Below, one piece after another: positions 1 to 13,671 of a DNA stretch of 64,000 nucleotides. A model generated the notes under the pieces. It saw only the letters and a program-made list of their open reading frames with translations. It searched no databases and had not been told where the DNA came from. Where the stretch lies: the NCBI GenBank assembly GCA_964247055.1, contig OZ176054.1, positions 6,014,001 through 6,078,000 of the forward strand, given 5' to 3'. Within the stretch, counting starts at the first letter, position 1; every line of letters begins with the position of its first letter. Source of the stretch: Paragordius varius (Eukaryota > Animalia > Nematomorpha). The position numbers were made by a program, and so were the translations under genes.

Positions 1-3000
1 ATAAGTGCAATACAACGAAAAGCAATAGGAAACAAAAAGAAACGCTTGTTTAAATTAATATGTAGAAATTTAGACAATTAATATTTATGAAAATTTTATG
101 TTGTATACTTGATTTACAAATTAGTAAATGCAATAAATTTTATTTTTATAACTTAATTAACTAAATTCTCTAAAAGAATTAACCTTAGCTATTCATTTGA
201 TCAAAATTTTTAATAAAACAATATTAAGAGCGAAATATAATATTTTCATTTACAAAGGTGCGCCAGCGTAACAAAGGAATTATTAGCATAGTTTATACTA
301 TATAATAACACCGACAACGATATGATGGTTAAACAAAAAATTATACTTCAAGCCCAAGAATAGTACTTTGATGTTTCTTTGATATTTTTGGTTTTGAAAA
401 AGTTTTTGAATATATTAGGGGGAATGTGCAACCGTTTTTGTTTCTTCCGGTTTTACATTGCCAAAAAACCGTTTTTGACCAAATGATTCCGATTTTAAAT
501 TTGTGAATAAGGATTTGCTCTCGATTCTAGTTTTTTGCAAACATAATTGGTTCCGAATCCGCCATTCCTTTTCAAATTGTTTTTACATCGTCCCTATTTT
601 TTTTAATCAATATCTGATTTTTGATTGAATAGCTACAATCCTAAATACAAAACTATAAAATATGGTATCCAACGATAATTTTTGATGGCATTAAATCACT
701 AGACATAAAAATATATTTTATTGTGCATATAAAAAATGAATAGATATTATTGTGTTTTTAGTTTAGCAGTCTTAAAATTTAGGCTGGTTTTGTCAATGGC
801 TTTATTTTTACACTAGATTAAAAGGCTTTAAAGTTTTTTAAAAAAAATTTTTAACTGATATCGTATCAGGGAGAGACCCTGTCAAGCTTATCCTTGACAG
901 ATTTAATGATGAATGAATATTTTGTTTATAGTAATGGAGAACATTTAAATTATTAAATTATAGTATGGGATCGCGAAATTACCAAATGTTTTTTGCCTTC
1001 CTGCATAAATCGTAAAAATCGACACCTTCGCCATGGTAAGGTTGGTATCTCAAAAAAATAACAAAGGCGTGTACCTTTTCAAGTGAACCTTAGAATATCG
1101 CTTTTAAGCTCTCTTTAAACGTATATGATCATTGTTTTTTGAATCTACTCGTTTTTCGTATAATTTTACCGCATTCTCATACTCGCCAACGTTAGCTTGC
1201 AAATCAATTATAAGTACGCCCATAATTTAATTTCGATATCCCACCGATTAATTGCGTAACACTTACAAATTTTCTTCACATGTCCTTCGATTCAAATAGG
1301 GTAGGTGGTAACACCAGTGTTAAAATTAAATACTTTATGAAAGGAAAATATAAAATTTCAAAAGTTTGCACTTACATAACGTTGTTGAAGCAAATTATAT
1401 ATAATCAAAATAATTTGTTAATTTTATTTATACATTCTCCTAAAGGCTTAGAATGATAAATATAGATTATTTTGTTGAGTATAGACCCAATTATTTGTTA
1501 ATTATATTTATTCAAAGGTTACTCAAGTTTTAGCTATATTATCAAAAAAGCACTATATTTTTTCATATTTTACTAGCGTATATCTTCGGACTTCTGGGGG
1601 GATAAGTTTTTAGCTGGTAGCTCCTTACCCAGCAGCTATCAAAGAAACGCTTGACTAAAATTTTTGCCTTTTAACAGAGAATACGTGGAATCCTATTGAA
1701 TGTTTACGGTCTCATACCTTGGGCGATAAATAGATTTAAAAAATTATTTTTGTGGACTTTGTTTTTTGAAAAAAATGGCATTTTACGGGGAGAGCGGGTA
1801 AAAAGATGGCCTAAATTAAAAAAGCGAGACGACTATGTTCTGCGCAATCGAAAATAACTAAGCAAAAATCATATTTTAAATTAAATGGTCCAACACGTTC
1901 TCCGGAAAATTGTCTCAAAGACATGATTTTTGTGGACTTCTGTTTTCAAAAAAACCGTTTTTTATGTCGGGGCATTCATTAATGATTATATTTTTTATTC
2001 GGATTTGAATGGGTTTACCGGTTTTCCGGAAACAGATGACAAAGCCAGCATTTTCCATTTTTATAAATATATAGATTATAAAACTGCCTAAATAGTCTAA
2101 TATGTTTGTTCTCATAACAAAATTCATTAAAATATATGGCTTATTTAAATTATTTTTATTATAATTTCGATTAAGATTGCTTTCTTTGGTTTAAATAATA
2201 TTAATTATTATGCATGGGGTAGTTAACAACACCAAACCGAGTGTTAAAACAAAGTTGTTATTGTTATATTAATTCAAATATCGATTTTTTTTGTCAGGAT
2301 TAGTTATTCAATGGAACTGGAGCTTTTGATTAAATTTTTTTTTAAATTTTTCAATTGCCATTATACAGAGGGTCGATACCCTAAGAGCAATTTTAGAAAA
2401 AAATCGCCATCATTAACTGTGTCAACATATTTGATATAATATATATATATATATTTGGACCATTTAAGTGCTCCATATAAAAATAGCAATATTGCTCACA
2501 TTCTTTTAAATAAATTTTATGGCGAAATTCTTAAAATAAACGGAATTGCATTTTTAAAAAAATATTTTTAGTTGATTTCAAAATTTCGCGCAAGCCTGGT
2601 ATTTTTGTGTTTATTTTAAGAGGACAAGCTCATTTTAGAAGAGCAAAAATATTGGGGACTTTGGAGCCCACATCCAAAAATTAAAATTTTTGGAAAATAT
2701 TGTTTTGCTTTTTTTAGTATATGATATATTTTAGTAATATTTTTTATGAAACTTCTAGCTTTCACCCAAAAAATATTTAAATGTGCTCAAATCGCATTTT
2801 CTGGTTTGGAGCATTTACCACAAATGGTAAATAACTCTCAAATCATTCGTAGGGCCAAGACCAAAAGTACCATGATAATACAGATACATTTTTCTATTAG
2901 AATATAGATATTTCATCAGTGTATTTTTTTGTTGACACTGTGTAATTAGCCAATTATATAGATATGTATTATTACAAATTCTTGGAAATGTTGATTATAC

Positions 3001-3957
3001 ATTTTTGAAACATTTTGAGGTTAAAAGTAAATAAATAACTATATTTTTGAATACCAGAAAAACAAATTTGACTTTTAGCACTTTCTTACCTTTTTGTTTT
3101 TTGTTGACATACTCGGGGTAGTTTTACTTAGAGACTGAATAACACATTATGACTTTCATGGTGGTTATATACCACAGAACCATTTAAAATTTTATACTTC
3201 GATTTAAATTGGGATATCTAAATACCCAGACAATATCTAAGTCATATTTTTAAAAAACTACTGAAAGGTTTCAATTTAAATTTATGCTTCTATCCTAATA
3301 AAAATTATATAAATAAGCCAAAATATCTAAATAAAATTTAGTTTTGGAAAAAAGTTCCATATCAAAGGACTTTAACGACATTTTTAATTTAGAAAAATTA
3401 TGCAAAATATCGTGTTTATAATACCAAACTTAAGTAAACTTTTTTATTAAAACTTTAACATTGATACAAACAGAAAAAATGGTATATTTTGAATTATTTC
3501 TACTTATCCTATGTACACATGTTATGTAGGCTATACCTGTGGGTTTTATTTCTTAGTGTTTTGGATAAATATTTTTTCATATTTCGGGTTTATGTTACAG
3601 TCATGTAGACTTTATTTTGTTAAAGATTTACTTTTTTTCGTTAAATGGGTATTAATATTTGGTAAAGAATATAAAAACAAGAGCAATATGGTATAACCAT
3701 ATCATGTTCTTTAAAAAAGTAAAAAATGAAGGGGAAGGGCGTCGGAAATCTTTGGTAAAAAATGAAAAAACACTAACTACTAACCCCTCACTTAAAATTA
3801 TTGTATAAAAGGGTTAGGAAAATCGTAATTTTTATCTCAATTATAATTTTTTTTGTTTTGATATGGGAACGATAAAAAGGATTTTTACGATAGATGCTAT
3901 ATTAAATAATCAATTTGATACAATTTCGTTAGGATGTAACCCTGGTATTGCGGGTAT

Positions 3958-4408
3958 TTTTTTCCTTTATAATGTTAGATTCATGTTATGTTGACGAAAA
4001 TATAAGACCCACACAAAATATTGTTCCTGGCAACGATGGTTTTTTTTTTCACTTAGAATTTAGGTGTTAATGAGATCGGCGGGAATGAATTGAGTAGACA
4101 CTTGTCCTGGTGTCCTTGATGGTTTTTTTTCCTTTATAATATTCAGATTATGTTGACGAAAATCTAAGACCCACACAAAATTTTGTCCCTGGCAACGATG
4201 GTTTTTTTTTTCATTTAGAATTTAGGTGTTAATGAGATCGTCGGGAATGAATTGAGTAGACACTTGTCCTGGTGTCCTTGATGGTTTTTTTTCCTTTATA
4301 ATGTTAGATTCAGATTATGTTGACGAAAATATAAGACCCACACAAAATTTTGTCCCTGGCAACGTTTTTTTTCATTTAGAATAAGGTGTTAATGAGATCG
4401 GGAATGAA
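3958..4408 (+). repeat. Tandem array of ~160-165-bp units (~2.7 copies) inside the Tc1 element, directly upstream of the transposase ATG
   Basis: Unit TTCCTTTATAAT...GTTGACGAAAATATAAGACCCACACAAAA...GTCCTTGATGG recurs at ~3958, ~4124 and ~4285 (third copy truncated). Confidence 0.9.
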
Positions 4409-4411
4409 AAT

Positions 4412-5418
4412 ATGACAACTTCATTAAAGGGTAGAGGAAAAAGGAAAAGTACCGTTTTTGTTGATATTAAAATATCATTTTTGGTCAGATGAAAAAAAGT
4501 CTAAGGCCTATAAAATTTTCGGGAATCCCAGGAATCACGAATTATCGTCTCGTCATTTTGTAGATGATTTAGACATGTCTATAAGTTTCATAAATGCTAT
4601 GAGACGAAGCATGACTCTAGGAATAGAGAAAGAGCCATTGAAAAAGGGTAGGAAAACGAAATGCAATGAAGATCTAGACGGGCAGGTTAAAACAATCCTC
4701 GATAGTGATTGTGAATTGACTGTCGATGAGATTCTCAATAAATTACCCACAGAATCCAAAATATCCAAAAAAACCTTATATAAAATATTTAAAATATTAA
4801 ACTATACGCGCAAAAGGTGTATTATGGAACCTCAACAGCGCAATTCCTCGTTGGTAATTCAAAAACGATTTGAGTATGTCTGTCTTGTGAACGGTATACC
4901 CTTGGACAAAATCTATTATTTAGATGAGTCGGGGTTTTCCTTGATAGCAAAAAATATATTCGGCCGGGCACCGTCAGGACAGGCACCTATCATAAAGGGC
5001 TTCAATAAAGGTATATTTTTATTTTATTTTAGGTAAAAACGCCTCTTTGTTGTCTATGATTGGAATATAGGGTGTTGTTAATTACAGCATCAAAAGGGGA
5101 CCGTTCAATGGCGAGACTTTTAAGCCATTTTTGGAGGAGTCTTTGGCCATGTTACCACAAGATGCGCTTGTCATTTGCGACAACGCACCCATACATAAAT
5201 GTTCTATTTTGGGTAATTTGAACAAGCTTATATATTTACCACCTTATTCGCCCCAACTCAATTATCCTATTGAATGTTTTTTTCACGAATTAAAATTTTA
5301 TTATGAAAAAAAACCGAGTTGCACTACATTCTGGGAACAATATTGCAGAATCAAAAAATGTGCGACGAAAGAAAAACAAAATCTCTTCAAAATTATTATG
5401 ATTTTTCAAAAAGATTAA
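4412..5418 (+). pseudogene. IS630/Tc1-like transposase (~314 codons), intron-containing, with one in-frame TAG
   Basis: Motifs YYLDESGF, GRAPSG, VICDNAPIH and LPPYSPQLNYPIE. The ORFs are joined in frame by removing GT-AG segments 4449-4488 (40 nt) and 5011-5032 (22 nt). TAG at 5068-5070. Confidence 0.85.
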
Positions 5419-6062
5419 TTGATGTTGCTTTAAAAAAACTAAGGTTGGAAAATGAAAATAATTTTAAACATCATTTATTGTTATCGGAGACGATTTAGTT
5501 TTTCTTTGATCGCACAGTACGATATAAAAATAATATCCAGATATATCTTGCTTTTTTTATAATAATTATTATAGAAAAAAACAATAGTGGGAAACTGGTA
5601 TATATATATATGATTGATTTTTAAATTTCCCAAAATAGAGCATTTTAGGATGAAACGCATTCAGTTCGATAATATTTTTTTATAAACGCTATATAATTCA
5701 TATTCATTTCCTATGTTTTGCCTTATATATACACACAATTCATTATTTGTCCGTTATATGTTTGTTTTATTTATTGTGATATCCTATTAAAAATTATAAT
5801 AAATATTTTTTTTACCTATACAAAAATCTATATTTAAGTGGTTAATTTGTTTTGTTTAACACTTGGATACAACACATTCATTTTTAAGCTAAAACCAAAA
5901 GGTAAAAATTTAGTGAATGTGACATGTGTGCAATGGTAAAATTGAAAAAGAATACAAAATAAATCGCTTTTTCTATTTCTATCAAGGTTAGATGTGATTT
6001 AAATAAAAAATTATCTTTAATTTTACCCTTAACACTAAATGAAGACGACATTTGGCAAATAT

Positions 6063-6895
6063 TTTGTAAAATAAAAATGGCGTCGAAGTTGTTTGACATG
6101 TAACTTTTTTTTCAAAACAAAATTTTATTTAGATATTTTGGCATATTTATATAATTTTTATTAGGAAAGAAGCATAAATTTAAATTGGGACCGTTTCTTT
6201 CACAATTTTTTTAAAAATCCTAACTCAAATTTAGTTTAAGGTATATTTAGATACCCCAATTCGAATCTAGGTGTTAAATAAAAATTTTATCAAAAAAATT
6301 AATATATAAAATTTTGCAAAAAATTAACAAAAATATTACCATTCCCCTTTAAACAATATTTAAGATTTTCATTTTTTACCAAAGATTTCTTACGCCCTTC
6401 CCCCACACTTCTTTTAATTTTTTAAAGAATATGATATGGTAATACCATATTGCTCTTGTTTTTATATTCTTTACCAAATATTAATACCCAATTAACGAAA
6501 AAAAGTAAATCTTTAACAATATAAAGTCTACATGACTGTATATCAAACTTTGGCCATGATTTTAATTTATTGCATAATTTTTAAAATATTTTATTTTAAA
6601 CAAGCCTGGGGTATCCAACTTCAATTAGAATCGAAGGTCTAAAATGAATGTGTTGTATTCAAGTGTTAAAAGTAAATGAAAACGATATTTGAAAAAAATT
6701 TGTAAAATAAAAATGGCGTCGAAGTAGTTTGTCATGGAACTTTTTTTTCAAAACAAAATTTTATTCAGATATTTTGTCATATTTCTATAATTTTATAGGA
6801 TAGAAGCATAGATTTAAATTGGGACCGTTTCCCTTAGAAGTTTTTTAAAATATTAACTTAAATTTGGTCTCGGGTATTTAGATACCTTAATTTGA
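6063..6895. repeat. ~200-bp dispersed repeat: direct copies at 6063-6265 (inside the Tc1) and 6699-6895 (outside), inverted copy at ~3195-3390
   Basis: Shared TTTGTAAAATAAAAATGGCGTCGAAGT...TTTAAATTGGGACCGTTTC...GTATTTAGATACC. The reverse complement is recognisable at ~3195-3390. Confidence 0.75.
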
Positions 6896-7616
6896 ACTGT
6901 TTACTGTAAAAAAATCCTTAAAACTTTTTCGGGGTTATTTATTTCTCATTTTTTATCGATGATAAATCATATAAATGTATAGTTTTTATGGTTATAAAGT
7001 ATAAATAATTAAAAGTAAAAAGTTTTCTAAATTAATATTAACTAGCAATTTTTTGGAAATTGATTTTAATATCAGCTGTTCCAAATTCAGAATTGTAAAA
7101 ATTATAAATTTATTTATCTAATATAGAAAAGGAGGGTTAATTAAATTTTATTTCAAAACAACTTTCATAGAAGTATTTTTTACGACTTTAGATTCTGGGT
7201 AGAAACATACCCCGAAATGTCATCGTTATAAAACAAAATGTAATGAAGTGTTAAATTTGGCTCAATTCAAAAATATAATTTAAGTTATAATTTCAGCCCT
7301 CGTTATAAAATTCCAAAGATTATGAATTGTTAAAATAAAAAAAGAGATAAGAAATTTTATCAATTATTTTATAAAAAATAATTTTGAAGCCTATACTTGC
7401 GCTTAAAGGTGCTAAAGAAAGCATATTTTTAAATTTAGCTCATAATTATCATATTTTAGGATATAATAAATTGTGTAAGGTGTATAATATGATATATCCA
7501 AAAAGTATTAATGTATAAAAAAGAAATTTTAGGATATTTAGGTCGTCTCTGTAGATCATGTGTATAAGATAAAGTCATAAAATCATTTTGGGGGTGTGTT
7601 TTAAATTGTCAAAATT

Positions 7617-10430
7617 ATGTGCTCCACTTCACCCCGACGTTTATCCTACTGTGAAGATTCCAAAATATTAATTTTATATGTTGGAGGTACGATTGGTATG
7701 GATTCTAGAAACGGAGGTAACAAAGATTTTAATTGTAGTTTATGAACCTGTCCCAAATATATTGCATGAAAAATTAAAATTCTCAACCTCCTTAAATGAT
7801 TCAGTTTTTATAGATAGCCATCCATTTGTGATAGAATCAAATTTTTTAGCACTACCGTATGTATTTTAATATATAATTGTTAGTAAGCTACCCAATGGGA
7901 AGCGTATTATATACAAAATTATAGAATATTGTCCGCTATTAGATTCATCCAATATGTCTATGAAAGATTGGGTCATTATATCTGAAGATATATATGTTAG
8001 ATTATATTTAAAAAAATGTAGGCTAATTATCGAAATTATGATGGGTTTGTCATACTTCACGGGACTGATACCATGTCCTACACTGCATCAGCTCTTTCAT
8101 TTATTTTAGAGAATTTGGGCAAGCCTGTTATACTAACCGGCTCACAGGTACATTTTTAATTATTATTCTATTGTATTGTCATAAATATAATTAAAAAATC
8201 AATTATTTTTTTGTGCCAAAATAAACACACCTTTGTTATTTCATATACATTTTATTAATTAATTTTGATAATTAGATTCCTTTAGTAGAAATCCGTAGTG
8301 ATGGTAGAGACAATTTTCTCGGGGCGTTAATATTTGCCACTTATCAAATACCAGAAGTTAGTCTTGCTTATTTAAATTTTTTTTAACATACATAATTTCT
8401 ATTAAATTGCATTTGAATAAATGTGAATTGCATTTTTTTGAAAAACGCATTGCAAAAATTGTTTCGTTTTCAAGGTTTGTGTATATTTCAATCATCAATT
8501 GTATCGCGGTAATCGTTCTCGCAAAATAGATAATAGTTCATTTAGTGCATTCAATTCTCCCAATATGCCTCCCTTAGCTAATATGGGTGTAGAAATTACA
8601 GGTAAAAAATTTAAATACCTAAAAAAATAATTGTATAGCAATCTAATTTATTAAAATTTTAATTATCTTATGTTTTTTAAAGTTGATTGGGACAGTGTAT
8701 TTCCTTGCTCAATAACCGAACCAGTCAGGGTACATACACAGTTGTGTCCAGATGTCGCACTTTTGCAATTGTTTCCTGGAATATCTTCTGAAACAGTATA
8801 TGCATTTTTGATATAATTTAATTCTTTTTTCAAATTCTAAAGTAGCTTAGTTACGATGGATATTTATATTTTATCATCATTTTTATTGATTTACACGGTA
8901 AGATCTTAATTCTGTTAAAATATTTTGGAGCATTAAGTTTGTAGCCTGTTTTATTAATTAAACAGGTATTTATTAAGTTATTATGACATTATTATGCCTC
9001 AACTACATTTAATTAGATTAATTGAAAATTTTTATATAAACTATTTGTAAAAATTCTGGTTTAAATTATGGTGAAATTTCTTATATTGACTGGTCCCATA
9101 ATTGTTAAGTGTATTAAAATATTATCTATTAGCATAAATTTAAAACACATCACAACTTAAAAGAAAAAAATATCATATAATACACTTATTATTTTTTGCG
9201 TTTAGGTTAAATCTTTCCTGCATACACCATTGAAAGGACTCGTGTTAGAAAGTTATGGGGCAGGAAATGCCCCCTCTAATCGCCCAGACCTCATTGAACT
9301 GCTTAAGGAAGCCACTACGTTTCGACAAATGATTATCGTTAATTGTACACAATGTCCTGTCGGTTCCGTATCATGTTCATATGCGACTGGCAAAGTAAAA
9401 TCTATTGTAGTTTTAGAGTAAAATATTTTAATCCTATGTTTTATTTTCTTTTAATTAAAAAAAATAATTATAATTAATTTGCTGGCGCGTTGGCATGTAA
9501 TTAAATAGTAAAATTTTTTAGATTTCTTTGTAGCTTTTAACTATAATTCATTATTAATATATATTATTGAATTACTAATGTTTGAATCAAATTTTTCTAA
9601 AAAATAAGATTCTATTGTATTGCATAATCAAGAAAAAAAATATACATTTAAATGATGAATAGGGTTTTATACTTTTTTTGCCTTTATAATTGAAAATGTG
9701 TATTGAGTATATTATCCCAATTATGTCAATAATTTTTTATTTTGCACCCAAAAAGTTTGGCCAAAAAAATTAATATGAATTAAGAAACATTGGCTATCTA
9801 AATTAGTTTTTTATGTTTCGCATTTACATTTTAATTAATAACCCCAAAATATATAAAATCCTTGTAGGGACTTGACGTAAATATATAAAGACAAAATTTT
9901 TCTAAACGATAATCATATTTTTTTAAATCTAAATTTTTCCCATATAAATTATTTATTTACAATTATATATTTATAATTATAATATATATATATATATATA
10001 ATGATTTTGTTAGCAGTGTAGACATATCAATTTGATATTTTCCAATTTGCAAGAATAAATAAAATAAGATTATCTTTTGAAAAAAAATATATCTTTATAT
10101 TTACGTTTTGTCCTTTACCAACACTGTAATACGGAAGGAAATGTTTTTGAATAAGACGTCACAGGTTTTAAAATTATTAAACAAATGCGGAAAAATTAAA
10201 TTATTTATATAAACGATATTGTAAAATGAACTTTATTGAAACATATTATCTGCGAAAAGAATTACAATTTTTGCTGACTTTATATTATAATTTAATCAGA
10301 AAGTTTTCTATGCTGTGGTAATGGAATTCGAAAAACTGATTATCATTCATAAATTTTTCATTAAATAAATGTATTTAGTTAATTTACTAAATACCCCATT
10401 AGCTAATTGTTAAAATCTATTATTATTAAT

Positions 10431-10463
<33 letters not shown>

Positions 10464-13400
10464 CTATATACATATATACATATAGAATAGTTTATTAATT
10501 AATAAATTATTTATGTGTTAATTGTATTAATTTTGTTTACATTACATCATATCACCATATAAATACACAGTCAATACAGAGTAAAAATCAATATTTTGGC
10601 CTTCAAACCCATGGATGATGTTTATAAAATTTTTTTGGCCATTATATTCATTGTTGGTTATTTTTTTAATAATATATAGATCCAATATTTTTGGTATCTA
10701 AAATATCGTATCTTGTTATTTTTTATTTTCACAGTTTTTTAAGGGAGTGACAGCAAAATATATACATTTGTGCTCTAAAATACAAAATATATATCGGTGT
10801 AAAAGTTGAATTTTTTGTGATTTAAATATTTTATTTTCTTAAAAAACAACAGGTGCTACTGGTATGTAAATAATCAGCCACATAGTTTTAATTAAAGTTG
10901 ATTTGATAAAAGATGACTTAAACTAATTTAGTTTATTAGGGTTTGTTTTATATTTAACCTTATTCCCTAGTTATATTTTTTAAATTATATTTATTTTTGC
11001 TGATATAAAGTTTGAATTCTTATAAAGGACGAATTTTATTTGAAATGGAATATAAATTGATAAATGATAAGTGCATTTGAATTCATTTTTACCATGATAT
11101 TAGATTTTAATGGAAGCTGGAGTTATCCCTGGGTTTGATATGACGCCTGAAGCCGCTTTAACCAAACTCTGTTATGTGCTGGGGAAAACGGAATGGGATC
11201 TTGATCAGAAAAAGAAGGTAGTTTTATATTGACATTGACAACAGTTTTCATGTTTTAAACACATAAAAAATTAAATTATTTAACAACCCATTTTTTCTCC
11301 ATTTAAATTAATCTCATATGATGAATGTATTAGTGAAAACATTATATAAATTTTTTTGTTCTTATATTTTTCGCTTTTGATTTAATTATATCATTATTAT
11401 TATTATCGCATTATAGATGATGTCAACCAATTTGCGAGGAGAATTGACTATCAAAGCACCTAAATCAGTGCTACTTCGTGATTATGATTTGTTAAACACC
11501 ATAGCAAATTCATTAAATCTTTCATCATCGCCTGTATGTTAAATTTAAGTTAAAATATAATAACATGGATAGTATCAAATTTAATTTTTAGATTTTTTAC
11601 GCAGTTGTTAACCTTTAAAGTAATTATTGGCGATAGACAATAATTATGAATAATTGACTTGATCTCAGAATTATTTTCTTTAAATTATATTTCATTTATA
11701 TTAAGGTTTATTGTATTAGTAATATAACTTTATTAAATGGTTAGGAAATAAAGGAGTTACATGCATCCTTGTTTCCATTACTTCTCTGTTTAGCGGCTCT
11801 TTCCAATGATATTAAGACGATGGAAATGTTACTTGAAAAGGTTATTATTGTCATATGTCATAGTATAATTTTTATATTGTGAAATTTCAAATTTTTTGAA
11901 TTTTTTGACATAACTGTTTTAGGGTGGTAATGTAAATATGACTGATTACGATAATCGCACACCATTACATATAGCAGCTAGTCATGGTAACCTGGAAATA
12001 CTCAATTTTTTGTTGCGGAGAGGAGCTTCTGTATTCGTTAAAGATCGGTAAATTTATATTCTGTATTATATAATTAATATAATATTATTCTCGGAAAGTT
12101 TCAATCAGAATCGAAAACATTGGTTTAAACACATTGTGTATTTTCCAGATGGATAGAAAGAATTTTATTTATTCAATATTGTTTTAGAAATCATTTACTT
12201 TATTATTAAAATTATATTCAATCACATATACGTTATTAAGCGGTAAAAATCGGTACATAAATGATGCGACAATATAATTTTTCACAGTAGGACTTAGGAA
12301 TTGAAAGTAGTTGGAATAAGATTCTATTTTATCATCTATATCAATATAATATTTATAAAACCATCATTTATTGTTAAATCAGCTTTTGAAGGGCCTGCAG
12401 GATTTTTAGCTATTGGACTTTATTTTTTAATATAGTTATTAGGTGGTTTACGATGCCATTGGATGTGTTTTGCATATCTCAATCTTCGAGTTTTTGGCAA
12501 AAGGATCAGGAGCTGGAATTGGGGAGTTTTGTTTAAATAGAATCGATATCTAATATAATAGAATTTGGAAATGGAAAATTGTATTTTTGAATGGGTGTTT
12601 TAGCCATTGGCCAGTGTTGTGTAGTATGGGTTAGCGCGCCGATTTGAAAAATTAAATGTACTTTAAATGATTTGGTTAATTTTCTAGGCCTATGATAATC
12701 TGTTTTCAAGGTTAACTTAATATTATCTTTGGCCGATATAGCCTCAAGCCCTGGATATTGAAAATTAATAGCGGTCTAATTTGAGATTTTTCCCGTAAAG
12801 ATTACTTTTACTAAATGTTTTTTTGCATGCAGTTATGTAAAAATGGTACACTACTTTCAATCTAAGGTTGACGATTATCGGATGATTGCAATTAAATATC
12901 TCTCAAAAAAATGAATTTTCAATCCTTCTATCATATAACACTTTAATTATAAAAGTTTATTTTTTCCTTATAGATTCAATGCTACACCATTATTTAATGC
13001 AATTACATTCAAACAATTTGACATTATAAAAGCGTTGACAAATGTTGGTGCCCATCTTGTTGTACCGCCTTTGGAGATTGGGGAACAACTTTGCCAGTAT
13101 ATTTTTAAATAAATTGGGAAATCCTATGATTATGAAAATGTAATTTTTCAAATTCTTATTTTTATTAGAGCTGCTTTAAGAGATGATGTTGATTCAATCA
13201 AAGCTTGGGAAATGGCTGGAGCCGATCTAAAGTTGGCTAATTATAACAATGATACAGCATACACTTTGGTATGTAATTTATTAAATTTAATTTTTCTTTG
13301 ATTTGATAGAGTTATTATTATTGTTAAATTAGTTTGTTATTTTGATACTTTTTCTAGCCAAAATACAAATGTTAAACTTAAATCATTATATACGTTAGGC

Positions 13401-13671
13401 ATAAAATAGCTAATTATTATATTAATTTATCTTAAAGGCAAAAAAATATGGATGTCATCAAGTTTTAGGTTATTTACAAAGCCGCGATACATCCCTTGTT
13501 ACACCTGATTCGCCAAATTCTGCAAACAATATTAATCTTATAACTAATAACAAATTTAATTATGTATTCATGAACGGTTTCTCAAATAAGGACGAAATTA
13601 ATACTACAAGTCAGCACACAGAATTAAATGGCCAACCTACAAATAATAAAGAAATTAATGCAGCCAAATAA
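7617..13671 (+). CDS. ASPG: L-asparaginase / 60-kDa lysophospholipase with C-terminal ankyrin repeats (624 aa, 15 exons)
   Basis: Exons 7617-7716, 7739-7856, 7884-7995, 8022-8147, 8276-8356, 8475-8601, 8683-8795, 9206-9394, 11104-11217, 11417-11533, 11745-11840, 11923-12047, 12974-13096, 13169-13268, 13438-13671; phases consistent, 1875 nt. Motifs [47 protein letters not shown] and ankyrin [12 protein letters not shown]. Start ATG inferred. Confidence 0.93.

Larger units (their letters stand above)
3598..6538 (+). mobile_element. Tc1/mariner-IS630 superfamily DNA transposon with ~172-bp terminal inverted repeats and TA target duplication
   Basis: TA|CAGTCATGTAGACTTTA... at 3596-3770 is mirrored by ...TAAAGTCTACATGACTG|TA at 6366-6540. 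A DDE transposase lies inside. Confidence 0.92.

Noticed and set aside
950-1330. GC-richer patch with GHVKKIC on the minus strand (similar patches at ~12340-12800, ~16200-16370 and ~27300-27560)
   Set aside because: Probably old transposon fragments, but too decayed to assign.
3958-4408. CRISPR-like appearance of regularly spaced repeats (also the 21-bp arrays)
   Set aside because: Units are contiguous with no unique spacers, there are no cas genes, and the context is a eukaryotic transposon.
7617-9421. Bacterial ansA or horizontal-transfer origin of the asparaginase
   Set aside because: Fourteen spliceosomal introns and the ankyrin C-terminus match eukaryotic ASPG.
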